Origin: Monocercomonoides exilis PA203
Taxonomy: Eukaryota; Protista; Preaxostyla
Length of the DNA: 64,000 nucleotides
Assembly (NCBI GenBank): GCA_001643675.2
Contig: LSRY02000004.1
Coordinates: forward strand, 806,001 to 870,000
Direction: 5' to 3'
Shown one piece after another: positions 37,301 through 48,300 of this stretch. The first letter of the stretch is position 1, and every line of letters begins with the position of its first letter. The position numbers were made by a program, and so were the translations under genes. Below the pieces are notes generated by a model, which had not been told where the DNA came from, ran no database searches, and saw only the letters and a program-made list of their open reading frames with translations.

Positions 37301-39261
37301 TGATGAAAGACACAACACTATCAAATTCACCAGATGGTGGAATAACAATTTGTGGAGGGGAGATTACCGTTAATGATGGAAGATTTGAGAACAATAATCC
37401 ATCAATCGAAGGATACCCATCAGCAAGAAGAAATATTATGTGTGGAGATGCAGGAACATTGAATGTGTTGAGTTTGAAAGGTGGAGATGGGGTGCTGCCC
37501 AACACCTCGATGTGGATTCTGAATGAAGGGTGCACTGTGGGAGGGATGGCTGAAGAAAGAGAATCTGTTTTCTTTATTCCGTTGCTAGAGTCAGTGGAGA
37601 AAGAAAATGAAGGAACTGCGACAAAGCTTAAGATTAAAGGGCAGCTTCTTTTGCCTTGCAATCTGATGTTGAGATTAGTTTTCAGGAGGGGCAGTGAAGA
37701 GCAGATTGAGAAATACGATTTTGATACAGATGGGTTTATCTCGGAAAATGAAGTTCACTCATGGGTATCAACAGAAAAGCTGGGAAATATCGAAGATGAA
37801 ACAGAAGTTTCTGTGTCGCTTCAATATGGAGATCCTTCAGCACCGAGTTTTTCCAATTCATTCATTCTGAAGAACAAAAGTGAAACAAAAGTGAATGGAG
37901 ATGGAAATCTTTCTGAAGGAGGAAAAGAAGGAAAGTCTAATTGGTTGTTGATTGTGATTGTGCTTATTGTGATATTATTTATTGTTTTCATCGGATTTGT
38001 AATTGTTGTTGTTCGGTGGAGAAAAGGAAAAGAAGAAATCAGGAAATATAAGGAAATTGTGAATGATAACATAATGAAGGATCCTAAACTGATTGAGATG
38101 ACTACGATGGATATGTCGCCAGAAGAGCAGTGGAGAAGAGCAGAGAAGGAGGCAGAGAAGAAGAATGATGAGAGGATAAAGAAGAGAGTGTATGATACGA
38201 ATATGCAACATTCTGAATCATCCGAGCATCTTTTGAGTGAGAGTGGTTCGACAGAATATATTTTGGGAAGAGATTCAGACAAGATTCCTGATTGGGCATT
38301 GGAAAAGGTTGAAGAAGAAGAGACAAGAAAAAGAACACCATCACCATCCATCTCATCAACTTCAACCACTGATACTGATACAACTTTTGTTCGATCGGAG
38401 ATTCTGTGCCCAACCACTTCATCGATGTCGAATCTGGTGGATGCAATGGCATGTTCATCGCCTCACGAGAAATTGATTGTGGACTTGAGGGATTCGCTGT
38501 TCATGCTGCTGCATGGAAGGAACGAGAAGAAAGAGATGGAAATAGGCACTCTGCAGCAGAGAGAATATACGGCTGCGCAGATCCTGTTCTGGGTGGCTAA
38601 TCTTGCTCTCCACTCCTTTGATGAAATGGACAGTCCGCTCTCTTCTCTTGCCAATCTGAGCCCGCACATTGTGCTGTTCTCAGAACATATGGTGATATGC
38701 ATTGTCATGCACTCTGATTTGCTTTCATCCGATGATAGTTCAGATTCATCATCCATCTCTTCATCGACTGTTGTGACATCTGCAAGTGATGATGATGAAA
38801 GTGACTCTCTGCCCTCGTCAGCCTTTGAGGATGAAGATAGTTTCAAAAAAGAGTGCCTGAGGTGGATGGCGCCTGAGCTGCTGATGAACAAGAAGATGGG
38901 GGCAACAAAGGAATCTGTTGCCTTTTCAATTGGGATGATGCTGTGGGAATGTTTGACACTGAAGATCCCGTTTGGAGAGTATGAGGCCGAGGTGGCGGGG
39001 CAGAAGATTGTGAATGGAGAGAGGCCAAACATGGAAGCTGTTGAGTGTGTGAGCTGGAGCGAGCTTGTGAAGTGCTGCTGGGCAGGACAGCCATCAGAGC
39101 GGAAGACGCTTGGAGAAGTGAAGCGAGAGTTGATTGGACATTTTCCAGCTGGAGCTGTGATGGTTACGATGTCAGATGCGATTGATCTGAGGAGGGAAAA
39201 TGAAAGCGGAAGCGGAAGTGGAAGCGGAAGAGGAAGAAGCAATGACGGATACAGAAGCTGA
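31324..39261 (+). CDS. Giant single-pass receptor-like protein: signal peptide, GGA/FxxN beta-helix region, 4 CG-x4-5-PC modules, TM and C-lobe-only TKL-like pseudokinase
   Basis: Intronless ORF, first ATG at 31324, with hydrophobic signal FSTLLLLVIYCC. TM at ~37942-38013. Kinase subdomain VIII-XI motifs RWMAPE, FSIGMMLWECLTLKIPF and CWAGQPSER. Confidence 0.88.
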   Translation: MVRCSTSEKVVFNFSTLLLLVIYCCDGIDIAEIQNQQETKWEMSESTISVETCGNKYSNKNGVVSAKDIFSSGDRVSCAHTSVNIVNTSLCVSHLTMEPFSDYAFLTAQHHSAATILSSTCQIHTDASHPLFLSSHSSLFLTNFSLVISQPALLSFPIFSTPNNLLPDTHFPITTSFTISHTSFSSFISLCNPFLFSPLSSSSSSLLHHHFQVHFDIHLSSTLFTNITTAPQSTHTIPAKPTHPHNSITATTTNSTSTNTNTNTIPFFSLRSSLSIHSTIFLHTHNPIDGAIFPNLNSPFTSLSAFNTSFLHQTRSSPNDLVKYYGSETQRAKPGRLSFSDFNSYLFEWCTWENSNSSSSSGGALFVECENANLAIASCSFDNCSSGDVGGALFCRYLLNVKISKSNFTSCSVAHGGAAAIWNPQANAVWIFTENKVESCKITGWCGTGWYFGLYYMTSNSEFQFSKCKCISNSGSDSTGSLTFNNPPNKMPTQFSINDCQFINNNLTTSTNYGGAALYFLSTYSWMSGLKFITFCLFDGNSATDGRGNDVFFNGSSIIKSPFENCGSTTPTNRVWNAGTATNDEYNSWLPLIPSHKIVANSGSDVIACGRPQQTPCATIEYALNCFISLLQDAFLTLLSSIFVPSQTLTFSAVVTKIIGNGTTATIIVSSGIPQSLSSSSSTSSALFKLTQGSLTVSALAIAHNSTNTITPILFHLSENSPYLNLNTTTITGTTSNSITTPLFFITAGSLALNHTAITSLALNNPSIFHLTSLTAPLALNSSNIIHITSTTTPASCVLSSATSPALSLSLTNCTITSINSEQFSQQTATNGGCISFASSAPANSFSVSDTTFSSCSVSEDTSSGGRGGALMIEFNEGSLVSESSFSITNVVFSGNKASVGRDMYFVCESFVTSVKKPLFAFMTSITQKDNSVVGHDRTEAFGDWNVDLFIFFDGYKADLVYVDGTSGVDKEYCGLEKAPCKSVDYGVGHLKRTQNIKQEIILCSKSTVTGCIDVGGMCVNAKAETLIGIECQREVSDSEECFLKSSSVTEIEFIGIVIPSSFNRTISAVIESSTQNGELHMKNCEMSVNGGKENTIGFFLIKSTGKMVELEFVTISDVKSTVSLFSFSLSSANANEGENEQEYKVKLLNCTMQGCTLVEHSFSVSPLMIFSSLLFESNNFSNIENTGSGEEGGAAKVTLQGNEELVIKSTNASSCSLSSANGKGGFLYLDCQNCLNEKLFVFDVGFTFENNKAAIGKNVFILGKDFNNSVTNGSFKFDYSSMINDKTLFVGSDEFHSNKDLFMFLVPYSSTEIFISSKGFDVARCGSEEEPCFTMWKGMKNVKDGDDKKTIQIEGSTTIRDSFNMSNYQIKKTSSMGEEDTKAILYFEKAIGSQLEYFMENYNHLELMNIQLQLTTGFDNSAKTIISNKNGELVITGCSFHSDAEVNNGFGCAFVDVIRGSVDVNDLSMESCNVGNSIFAINNTGVSCHLMNVRVESLNESGGCILSIKKSETTTKTNEEGINLVIEKSSFSGVKRSDNGASVLESKSEKKICLVVNESDITEGKAELSEKGGAIFFILGSSGSMNMIDSTITHCSCSNSTGRGGGVYLATKERGGLNFTFVGMKFNANTAKVGNDIFIECFNITSQINESQFRFDLREGYYSRMNAIFGIDRCDYQSDTDLIEFVTIHQSDTIIVSSISGLNEKKCGTNVLPCYSIDHGLIHLTSDILSLIFIVEESVIGGEIDLKEMSLNSKSREMCEVEVKSSIGKTREALVTTTGAVSLMRVNFVFDSNFISSHESLISPDGGILEIMNCSFTSKQSTEEGNIEFAYIPFHIINTAKGELQLDGCTMSNLILQKSSIYLSSPIPSVIDSLTICNSTNKISLIEINECGSLNVDRLYVGNVTVEENEESLISCLSMKKMMQLTNCTIGGVSSNKAKGKLMKLENCTDVKMDSCIFDGSSKKRNGQHFNAEEETCRWDGSLVDIVKSSVMMKDTTLSNSPDGGITICGGEITVNDGRFENNNPSIEGYPSARRNIMCGDAGTLNVLSLKGGDGVLPNTSMWILNEGCTVGGMAEERESVFFIPLLESVEKENEGTATKLKIKGQLLLPCNLMLRLVFRRGSEEQIEKYDFDTDGFISENEVHSWVSTEKLGNIEDETEVSVSLQYGDPSAPSFSNSFILKNKSETKVNGDGNLSEGGKEGKSNWLLIVIVLIVILFIVFIGFVIVVVRWRKGKEEIRKYKEIVNDNIMKDPKLIEMTTMDMSPEEQWRRAEKEAEKKNDERIKKRVYDTNMQHSESSEHLLSESGSTEYILGRDSDKIPDWALEKVEEEETRKRTPSPSISSTSTTDTDTTFVRSEILCPTTSSMSNLVDAMACSSPHEKLIVDLRDSLFMLLHGRNEKKEMEIGTLQQREYTAAQILFWVANLALHSFDEMDSPLSSLANLSPHIVLFSEHMVICIVMHSDLLSSDDSSDSSSISSSTVVTSASDDDESDSLPSSAFEDEDSFKKECLRWMAPELLMNKKMGATKESVAFSIGMMLWECLTLKIPFGEYEAEVAGQKIVNGERPNMEAVECVSWSELVKCCWAGQPSERKTLGEVKRELIGHFPAGAVMVTMSDAIDLRRENESGSGSGSGRGRSNDGYRS

Positions 39262-40686
39262 AAGTTGAAGGTGAAGCTGGAACAAGAGAAGTGAAAGGAC
39301 GGATGCTGGACATGGGCTGCTGAACCGATGAGTTTCCGATGAATGTTTGCTGAGTTTGTTCAGAACAGATGGTATTTTGTGAGCACCCACATGGTGAGCA
39401 AAGCCGAAAGATGCTGCAAAATAGGTGGCAAGCTTCTTCTTCTTCTTCTTCTTCTTCTTCTTCTTCTTCTTTGAGAAGATATTCTTCCAAACAATACCTT
39501 CACTGATCGATTGCAATGAAAAGAATGGTGAAGTTTGAAGAAGAAGAAAAGGGTGCAAACGGACAAGGATGAGGGTGGGATAATGCTATTGCTGCTTGTG
39601 GGGAAAAAAATATTAATTACTGTTGCTCAACAGTGGCTGCTGAGGAGAGATTTTCTTCTCACTCCTTGGCATGCATTCCTTCTGTTTTCCGTTGAGTGCG
39701 CTGCTTTTGAAAGCCTGAAGATAAAGCGACACAACGAAAGGGGAGTCTGCAAATGCTATGAGAGCAATCACAATCTTTTTGCAATATGTGACATTTAGAC
39801 TTTTAAGATTTTTTAAAGTTAAATGTATTTATATTTTTGGATTTGAAATTTAATATGATGCTTTTACTTAAATTGTTAACGCACATTTAAAAAAAAATAA
39901 AAATAAAAATAAAAATAAAAAGAAGAAAAGAAATAATAGTTTTAATGCATCGTCAAAAAATGTGACAACATCAGTAATTTGCTATTAAGTTTGACAATCA
40001 ATAATCTCAATTTGAATTTTTAAGTAACTTTTGAAGATTTACAAAACACTTTCCGCAATAACTAAAAAAACTCGAACCTGACTTTTGATTCAATCAAAAA
40101 GCAATATTCATTTCATTATTTGCAACAACAGTCGTTTTTAATATTTTTTTCTTTGGTATTGTTTTCTTTACCACTTCAGAAATTAAAATATGTTCATTAT
40201 TTAATAACTCAACGAAGTGAAATATCAGTAATCTTTTCACCATCGATTCAGTTAAGCACTTTTCTCTATTAATAAGCACTTTCAAAAACGAAAAGATATG
40301 AAAATTCACTACGTTTGATAAGAATTTCATGTTTTTAAAACAGGGTTACACTTTAACCCCAACTTTTTTTTTTTTTTGTGGAGCTGGCTACGGCTTAATA
40401 CAAGCTTGAAGCCAACGAAAAATAACTAGAAACGTTTATTTTAATATATTTAACTTATGCAGAAAAAAATTTTTTTTTACAAATTTTTTTTACTAAGAGA
40501 TCTCGATATTTTTTAATTTTATTTTTTGATCATTAAATTGATGGTCTTTCCATGAATATTACATTCTGGAAGTTTTAAGCTACACCATCATTACACATCA
40601 TATCCTTTTTATTGTTTTTATAACTTTTCACATTTCACAAGTTTCTTTTTCACTTGTTTTCTCATTTCATCGACTTTTCGAAAAAA
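37576..40686 (+). repeat. Left arm of a 3.1-kb near-perfect inverted repeat
   Basis: Reverse complement of 45321-48430. Mirror ORFs are identical. One synonymous substitution near the outer edge and a few homopolymer indels were seen. Confidence 0.95.
39433..39471 (+). repeat. (CTT)n microsatellite in the 3' flank, mirrored at ~46535-46573
   Basis: Direct reading. Same length in both arms, as the mirror ORF translations are identical. Confidence 0.9.
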
Positions 40687-40884
40687 TGAAATTATTTAAG
40701 AATGTTAAATTTTTGATAAAAATTTAAGGGTTGTAATTTATGTTTGTTTTATTGTTAATTATGATATTATTCAATAATTGTTTTGCAAATTTGATTTAAA
40801 TGGAAAAGTGAAAAAATTCAATTTCGGAAGTTTTGATTTTATAAAGCCAGCAACATTTCTTCAGCAAAAGATTAAGTTAATAAA

Positions 40885-41143
40885 TGGGTTATTATTAATG
40901 AAATTATTCAAATTTTCGGAGTGTTGATTTATCAAAGGTTGTTAATTATTGAATAGAGATTTTGTGTTTATGTGATTCATTTTCTTCAATTGTTTTCAAA
41001 ACGAATGATTCTGCACAAATAATAAAAAGATGTCTTTTGCAAGCCATTTCATTTTTCAATAATCATTTTTTTATGATATTCAAGTGAAATTTTCATACCG
41101 AAATTTTTGAATGAAAATATATGACTTCAAAAATAATCACACA
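40885..41143 (-). mobile_element. ~255-bp MITE-like repeat, copy 3 (inverted)
   Basis: TTTTCGGAGTGTTGATT and ACCGAAATTTT..ATGACTTCAAAAATAATC are reverse complements of blocks in the copies at 28317 and 29573. Confidence 0.5.
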
Positions 41144-43329
41144 TAGGCCTGGTTGACGGATTGAAAAATTGATGGTTGCGTCAGTCAGTGGAATATTTTC
41201 ACGTCAATTGGCTTTTTTTCTCTCTCTCTTGATTTTTGAGGCAATAAACACAAATTTTATTGAATAAAAATATTAATTATTTCGAAAAATAGCCATGCAA
41301 TGTATTTCTTTATTCAACAAAAGAAAGAAAATATTATGAACCATAATTCGAATAATACTGATTTTGAGAAATATCTTTTTGCAACTAAACGCTTGCAGTC
41401 AACGATAGCTGATTGGTTTGCATATTGTTGTATTTTCCTATTATCTGTAAATGTTTTTCTTTCGGTGAATCCAGTGGAAATTTTCGAAAATAAACAAAAA
41501 ATGGAACATCTTGTTTATCTGCATGAATATCGAGTTTATTCAACAAATTCAAGAAGAAAGTTCACAGGATGAAGAAACTTGGAAGTGAAAACTGAGAATC
41601 AGATGATGAAACATTAGAAAAAGGAAGGAATAATGAAATTGATAAAGAAAACAGTTGCCAATGGATAAAAAACAGAAAATTTCCTTATAGAAATGTTTAG
41701 AAGGTTTGATATTGTTATTTTTTTGAAGTGATTATAATTATTTTATTCAGGATGCTGAAAGAGAGAAGGAGTGGATGGCTTTGAAGAAGAAGAAAAGCAA
41801 AGAAGAAAAATGAAATGAAGATTGATGAAATTAAAGATAAATCGAAGATGGTTTGCATTGGGGATTGACAATGAATAGTTTTTGAGGAAAGATGATTTTT
41901 TTGAGAAAGAGGGGAAGTTAAAGAAGAAAAGATGGAATGAAAAAGTGATTGACGAGTGCTTTGTATTTTTTGTTGACGAGTGAAAAAGAGATTGAACTGA
42001 AAGTGAAAATTGTTCAGAGATTTCTCCTTTGCAGAAAAAAAAGGAACATAAGACGAGAATTTCAATGAATTTCTCCGTTGACATCAATTGGCTCTCATCT
42101 TCTCAATTTTCAACACTTAATCATCTCATTCAACACATTCATCATCATCATTGTCTTCTGGATCTTCTTTAAATATATCATCAACATTTCACACAACAAC
42201 AACTTCTTCTTCTTCTTCTTCCTTTATCAATTTGACATGTCTGTTTTCAATTGAGTTAAGAAATTATCTCCGGAATAAATTGAACGGACCCGAACGATGG
42301 AATTAATATTTGGTGATTTTTTTTCTGAATTATTTGAAGAAGAAGAAGAAGGAAAAGGAGAACAAGGAAAAGAAGAAGAACATGAAGCTGGTTGAGATCT
42401 AGCCAATAACTGTGGAATGTGCTTGACAGAGCGAGAAAAAGAGAAATGCTACCAGGAAGACTCAAACGAGATAGGAGGAACTTAGTCCATGCCACATGAC
42501 TCAGAAAACAGCTTTGTATCTCTTCCAACTACCTTCTGTGTTCTGCAGCTTGTTATTTCAACATGGAACAATGAATGACTTTTATGTTTATGTGAGTGTA
42601 TGCTTCATTGTTCCTTGCACAATCTTCACAATCCTTTCAAATGGCAAATGAATGTTCGACATCTTCTTCTCCTTCTCCTTCTCATTCTCTCTCTGCATCG
42701 TCCATCCCAGCTTCCACTTCTCCGCTTCAATTTCTAAATTATTCATTCTCTCTCTCAGCTGAATGTGCTCAAACGGATTAAAACCACAACAGAAGACAAG
42801 TGCACAAAGGGCAAAAAGCAACAGGAAAGCGAGCAACTAAAGAATTGTGTGGAGAAAATAACAAATATGAAGAAGAATACGAAGAGGAATACGAAGAAGA
42901 AGGGAAAGAGGAGGTGGAAGAGCTGGTTGTTTGTGGGAAAGCATAAGGAAAGAGATGGGAATGAGCACAAAGCGAGCCAACAACCGACGAATAAGATGAA
43001 GAAGCCAATGGAGATATGGAATTATAATTGTAGAGAGAAGGCGACAGATCTGAGATAGCAGAAGAAGAGAAAGAAGAAGACATGCAAAAGGGAGAAGAGG
43101 CAGAGAAAAGCGAATAAGAGCCATTGGAATTCCTGTTTTGAACAATCTCATCAATTGAAGTGGAAGCATTGAAGAAGAGAGAAGAGCCACGGCTTGACAA
43201 ATCAGATGCTGCATTTGGAGAGTGAAGCGGGGTTGATACAAAAGGCAGCTGAAACGCACCGCCTTGGAATTCGACTGATGAATTGAGAAGAAACGAAGAA
43301 AAGGAAAAAGATGAAGCAGACTATGACAA

Positions 43330-43645
43330 TGATGGCGATAACGATTTATCGCTAGAGTAATTCTGTTGTTTCATTCCTTCTTTTTCTTCAACACCTTCTT
43401 CTTCATCGCTTGTTGTACTTTCATCCATTCCAATGGGAATGATGTCTGGTGTGATAAGTGCTGCCCTCAAAAGCTACAGGTCGTCTTTGCCGAGAGAGAA
43501 GCAGTTGTCGATGGTGAACAGCACATCCTCTTTCAGCTAATCGCAGAAAACGAGATGGATGACTGGCTGTGGGATGAGGGAAAACATAGCAACGATCTGT
43601 GGTGGGTGTGGGAAAGGACGATAGCTCCGTTGGGAAAGAAGTGAG
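43330..43645 (-). pseudogene. Degraded coding fragment of unknown family
   Basis: Protein-like frame ...PQIVAMFSLIPQPVIHLVFCD*LKEDVLFTIDNCFSLGKDDL*LLRAALITPDIIPIGMDESTTSDEEEG with two in-frame TAG codons. Confidence 0.3.
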
Positions 43646-44145
43646 TGAAAAAAAAGAAGATGGCGAAGAAGGAAAAGAAGCTGCAATAGAAGAGGAAATA
43701 TCACTGAAGCGTTAAAATAAAAAAATAAAAAAAAAATCAGCAAGCAAGAATGGAATTCAGAAACCATAGAGATATGCACAAAGCCGATGAGAAGACAGAA
43801 TGCAAAGCAAACATGATATGTTGGAAGTTATGACAACGTTTCGAACATTTTCACACAACAGAAGTGAGATTTGAGTGAAAGAGTGGGATATTCAATTCAT
43901 TTTTTTTCTCGTTAACGTTCATAATGAATATTGCATACAGTTTCCTCTTTCAGATGTTCTTCTTTTTATTTGCTCATTGATATTAACGCTTTTCAAGAAC
44001 TATTTTCAAATATGCAGTTTATTCATGAAAATATTGATTGATGATTTTTGAAAAAATCAAAAAAGAAAACAGACGATTAGTTATTTATTTCAAAATAATT
44101 GATTGTATTGTGAAATGAAAAACTTTTTGTAAAAAGGCTAAAGAG

Positions 44146-44620
44146 TTAAAGAGCTATTAAAGCTTCAAAAGATAATGAATGCCTTCTGTCACCAGAGATC
44201 CTTTTCATCCTTGAAAAGATACATTTGCAGCTTTCTTCGCTGCATGGAGACGAAACCAATGAAAAACAGATGTTTGAGTATATTGTTTGAATATGTCCTT
44301 TCTTTGTAATCTCTGTGTAGAACTTTTGTATGTCGTCTTCAAACATGAAGCTTGTTGCTTCATTCAAAAAATCCAGAAACAGTTTGAAACATAAATCCCT
44401 GATCTCTTTCGATTGATTTTATAAAACTGTTGAAACATATCTTTCAAAACTTTGTCTAATTCGTGTATCCCAGCAAGATGATATGGAGCACACCACTTGA
44501 TCGCAAACTTCTTTCTCTTTTCTGGTTCCAGTTGGGAAGTCAAATTGATCTTCTGGTTTGAAAACAGCACCTCCACATCATCTTCTCCACATTCTATTTC
44601 ATCAGTTCCGTCTTCCATTA
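44146..44620 (-). pseudogene. hAT transposase C-terminal (dimerisation domain) remnant, frameshifted
   Basis: LVSSPCSEESCKCIFSRMKRISGDRRHSLSFEAL matches the hATC pattern L-x-x-P-x-S-x-A-x-x-ER-x-FS-x(7-8)-R-x-x-L with a decayed ER. The adjoining upstream ORF (44364-44678) is in another frame. Confidence 0.65.
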
Positions 44621-45320
44621 CATCTTCAAGTGAGTCATGAGAATTATCAAAGAAAAATGCGATGTGAGAATATGTCAAACATGTCGAAGAAAAGCTATCA
44701 AAAGAAGAGCTCGAGGAAGTTGTTGAAGGAAACGAAAAAGACTCATGAATGCTTTCATCTTTTTTCTTTTCACTTTATTTTGTTAATCCGGTCATTTGAA
44801 GATACACTTTAAAGTGTGTTTTAGCTATTCAAAATGAATAAATCAATCTAAAAACGATGCATTAAATATGTTTATCCATTAAGGCATTCTGAAATACACT
44901 CAAATGATTATAACATTCAATTATGTTGGGTGTTGACACAAAAATATGACAAAGTCAAAAAATGATCGACCAGTCTGTGACTTATGCAATTTCAAAAAGA
45001 ATTGATCCGGTCAAAACCCATTAACATGTTCTTTATTTCAAAAAAAAGTGTTGATTATTTTGTGTTCTATTTAAATTTTTCATTTTCCTTTGATTTCATT
45101 AAGTGTGTGAACGATAAACTGTTAAACTTTAGAATAATTTGGATGAGATATATATGTTTTTTGACTTCAAGAATTTTTAAAGTCAGTCAAAAGCAGATTT
45201 CCTAAAGACAAAAGTCTTAAGTCACCCAGGCTTAATCACACATATCTCAATATGATAAATTTTAAATGAGCAAAAGCTCATAGTATCAAAAGTCTGTTTA
45301 AATAACGATCAAAAATTGCT

Positions 45321-48300
45321 TTTTTTCGAAAAGTCGATGAAATGAGAAAACAAGTGAAAAAGAAACTTGTGAAATGTGAAAAGTTATAAAAACAATAAAA
45401 AGGATATGATGTGTAATGATGGTGTAGCTTAAAACTTCCAGAATGTAATATTCATGGAAAGACCATCAATTTAATGATCAAAAAATAAAATTAAAAAATA
45501 TCGAGATCTCTTAGTAAAAAAAATTTGTAAAAAAAAATTTTTTTCTGCATAAGTTAAATATATTAAAATAAACGTTTCTAGTTATTTTTCGTTGGCTTCA
45601 AGCTTGTATTAAGCCGTAGCCAGCTCCACAAAAAAAAAAAAAAGTTGGGGTTAAAGTGTAACCCTGTTTTAAAAACATGAAATTCTTATCAAACGTAGTG
45701 AATTTTCATATCTTTTCGTTTTTGAAAGTGCTTATTAATAGAGAAAAGTGCTTAACTGAATCGATGGTGAAAAGATTACTGATATTTCACTTCGTTGAGT
45801 TATTAAATAATGAACATATTTTAATTTCTGAAGTGGTAAAGAAAACAATACCAAAGAAAAAAATATTAAAAACGACTGTTGTTGCAAATAATGAAATGAA
45901 TATTGCTTTTTGATTGAATCAAAAGTCAGGTTCGAGTTTTTTTAGTTATTGCGGAAAGTGTTTTGTAAATCTTCAAAAGTTACTTAAAAATTCAAATTGA
46001 GATTATTGATTGTCAAACTTAATAGCAAATTACTGATGTTGTCACATTTTTTGACGATGCATTAAAACTATTATTTCTTTTCTTCTTTTTATTTTTATTT
46101 TTATTTTTATTTTTTTTTTAAATGTGCGTTAACAATTTAAGTAAAAGCATCATATTAAATTTCAAATCCAAAATATAAATACATTTAACTTTAAAAAATC
46201 TTAAAAGTCTAAATGTCACATATTGCAAAAAGATTGTGATTGCTCTCATAGCATTTGCAGACTCCCCTTTCGTTGTGTCGCTTTATCTTCAGGCTTTCAA
46301 AAGCAGCGCACTCAACGGAAAACAGAAGGAATGCATGCCAAGGAGTGAGAAGAAAATCTCTCCTCAGCAGCCACTGTTGAGCAACAGTAATTAATATTTT
46401 TTCCCCACAAGCAGCAATAGCATTATCCCACCCTCATCCTTGTCCGTTTGCACCCTTTTCTTCTTCTTCAAACTTCACCATTCTTTTCATTGCAATCGAT
46501 CAGTGAAGGTATTGTTTGGAAGAATATCTTCTCAAAGAAGAAGAAGAAGAAGAAGAAGAAGAAGAAGAAGAAGCTTGCCACCTATTTTGCAGCATCTTTC
46601 GGCTTTGCTCACCATGTGGGTGCTCACAAAATACCATCTGTTCTGAACAAACTCAGCAAACATTCATCGGAAACTCATCGGTTCAGCAGCCCATGTCCAG
46701 CATCCGTCCTTTCACTTCTCTTGTTCCAGCTTCACCTTCAACTTTCAGCTTCTGTATCCGTCATTGCTTCTTCCTCTTCCGCTTCCACTTCCGCTTCCGC
46801 TTTCATTTTCCCTCCTCAGATCAATCGCATCTGACATCGTAACCATCACAGCTCCAGCTGGAAAATGTCCAATCAACTCTCGCTTCACTTCTCCAAGCGT
46901 CTTCCGCTCTGATGGCTGTCCTGCCCAGCAGCACTTCACAAGCTCGCTCCAGCTCACACACTCAACAGCTTCCATGTTTGGCCTCTCTCCATTCACAATC
47001 TTCTGCCCCGCCACCTCGGCCTCATACTCTCCAAACGGGATCTTCAGTGTCAAACATTCCCACAGCATCATCCCAATTGAAAAGGCAACAGATTCCTTTG
47101 TTGCCCCCATCTTCTTGTTCATCAGCAGCTCAGGCGCCATCCACCTCAGGCACTCTTTTTTGAAACTATCTTCATCCTCAAAGGCTGACGAGGGCAGAGA
47201 GTCACTTTCATCATCATCACTTGCAGATGTCACAACAGTCGATGAAGAGATGGATGATGAATCTGAACTATCATCGGATGAAAGCAAATCAGAGTGCATG
47301 ACAATGCATATCACCATATGTTCTGAGAACAGCACAATGTGCGGGCTCAGATTGGCAAGAGAAGAGAGCGGACTGTCCATTTCATCAAAGGAGTGGAGAG
47401 CAAGATTAGCCACCCAGAACAGGATCTGCGCAGCCGTATATTCTCTCTGCTGCAGAGTGCCTATTTCCATCTCTTTCTTCTCGTTCCTTCCATGCAGCAG
47501 CATGAACAGCGAATCCCTCAAGTCCACAATCAATTTCTCGTGAGGCGATGAACATGCCATTGCATCCACCAGATTCGACATCGATGAAGTGGTTGGGCAC
47601 AGAATCTCCGATCGAACAAAAGTTGTATCAGTATCAGTGGTTGAAGTTGATGAGATGGATGGTGATGGTGTTCTTTTTCTTGTCTCTTCTTCTTCAACCT
47701 TTTCCAATGCCCAATCAGGAATCTTGTCTGAATCTCTTCCCAAAATATATTCTGTCGAACCACTCTCACTCAAAAGATGCTCGGATGATTCAGAATGTTG
47801 CATATTCGTATCATACACTCTCTTCTTTATCCTCTCATCATTCTTCTTCTCTGCCTCCTTCTCTGCTCTTCTCCACTGCTCTTCTGGCGACATATCCATC
47901 GTAGTCATCTCAATCAGTTTAGGATCCTTCATTATGTTATCATTCACAATTTCCTTATATTTCCTGATTTCTTCTTTTCCTTTTCTCCACCGAACAACAA
48001 CAATTACAAATCCGATGAAAACAATAAATAATATCACAATAAGCACAATCACAATCAACAACCAATTAGACTTTCCTTCTTTTCCTCCTTCAGAAAGATT
48101 TCCATCTCCATTCACTTTTGTTTCACTTTTGTTCTTCAGAATGAATGAATTGGAAAAACTCGGTGCTGAAGGATCTCCATATTGAAGCGACACAGAAACT
48201 TCTGTTTCATCTTCGATATTTCCCAGCTTTTCTGTTGATACCCATGAGTGAACTTCATTTTCCGAGATAAACCCATCTGTATCAAAATCGTATTTCTCAA

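Larger units (their letters stand above)
40341..45666. mobile_element. Possible decayed hAT-family element
   Basis: CAGGGTTACAC...GTGTAACCCTG termini, each flanked by 8-bp TTTTAAAA, with an internal hAT transposase remnant. The termini lie inside the larger inverted repeat and the 8-mer is palindromic, so the boundaries are not independently proven. Confidence 0.4.

Noticed and set aside
40094-40330. 78-aa ORF duplicated at 45677-45913
   Set aside because: AT-rich, without recognisable motifs, and duplicated only as part of the inverted repeat.
43330-43645. TAG-to-Gln reassignment suggested by in-frame TAGs
   Set aside because: The long genes here are open in the standard code and end at TAA, TAG or TGA, so pseudogene decay is the simpler explanation.
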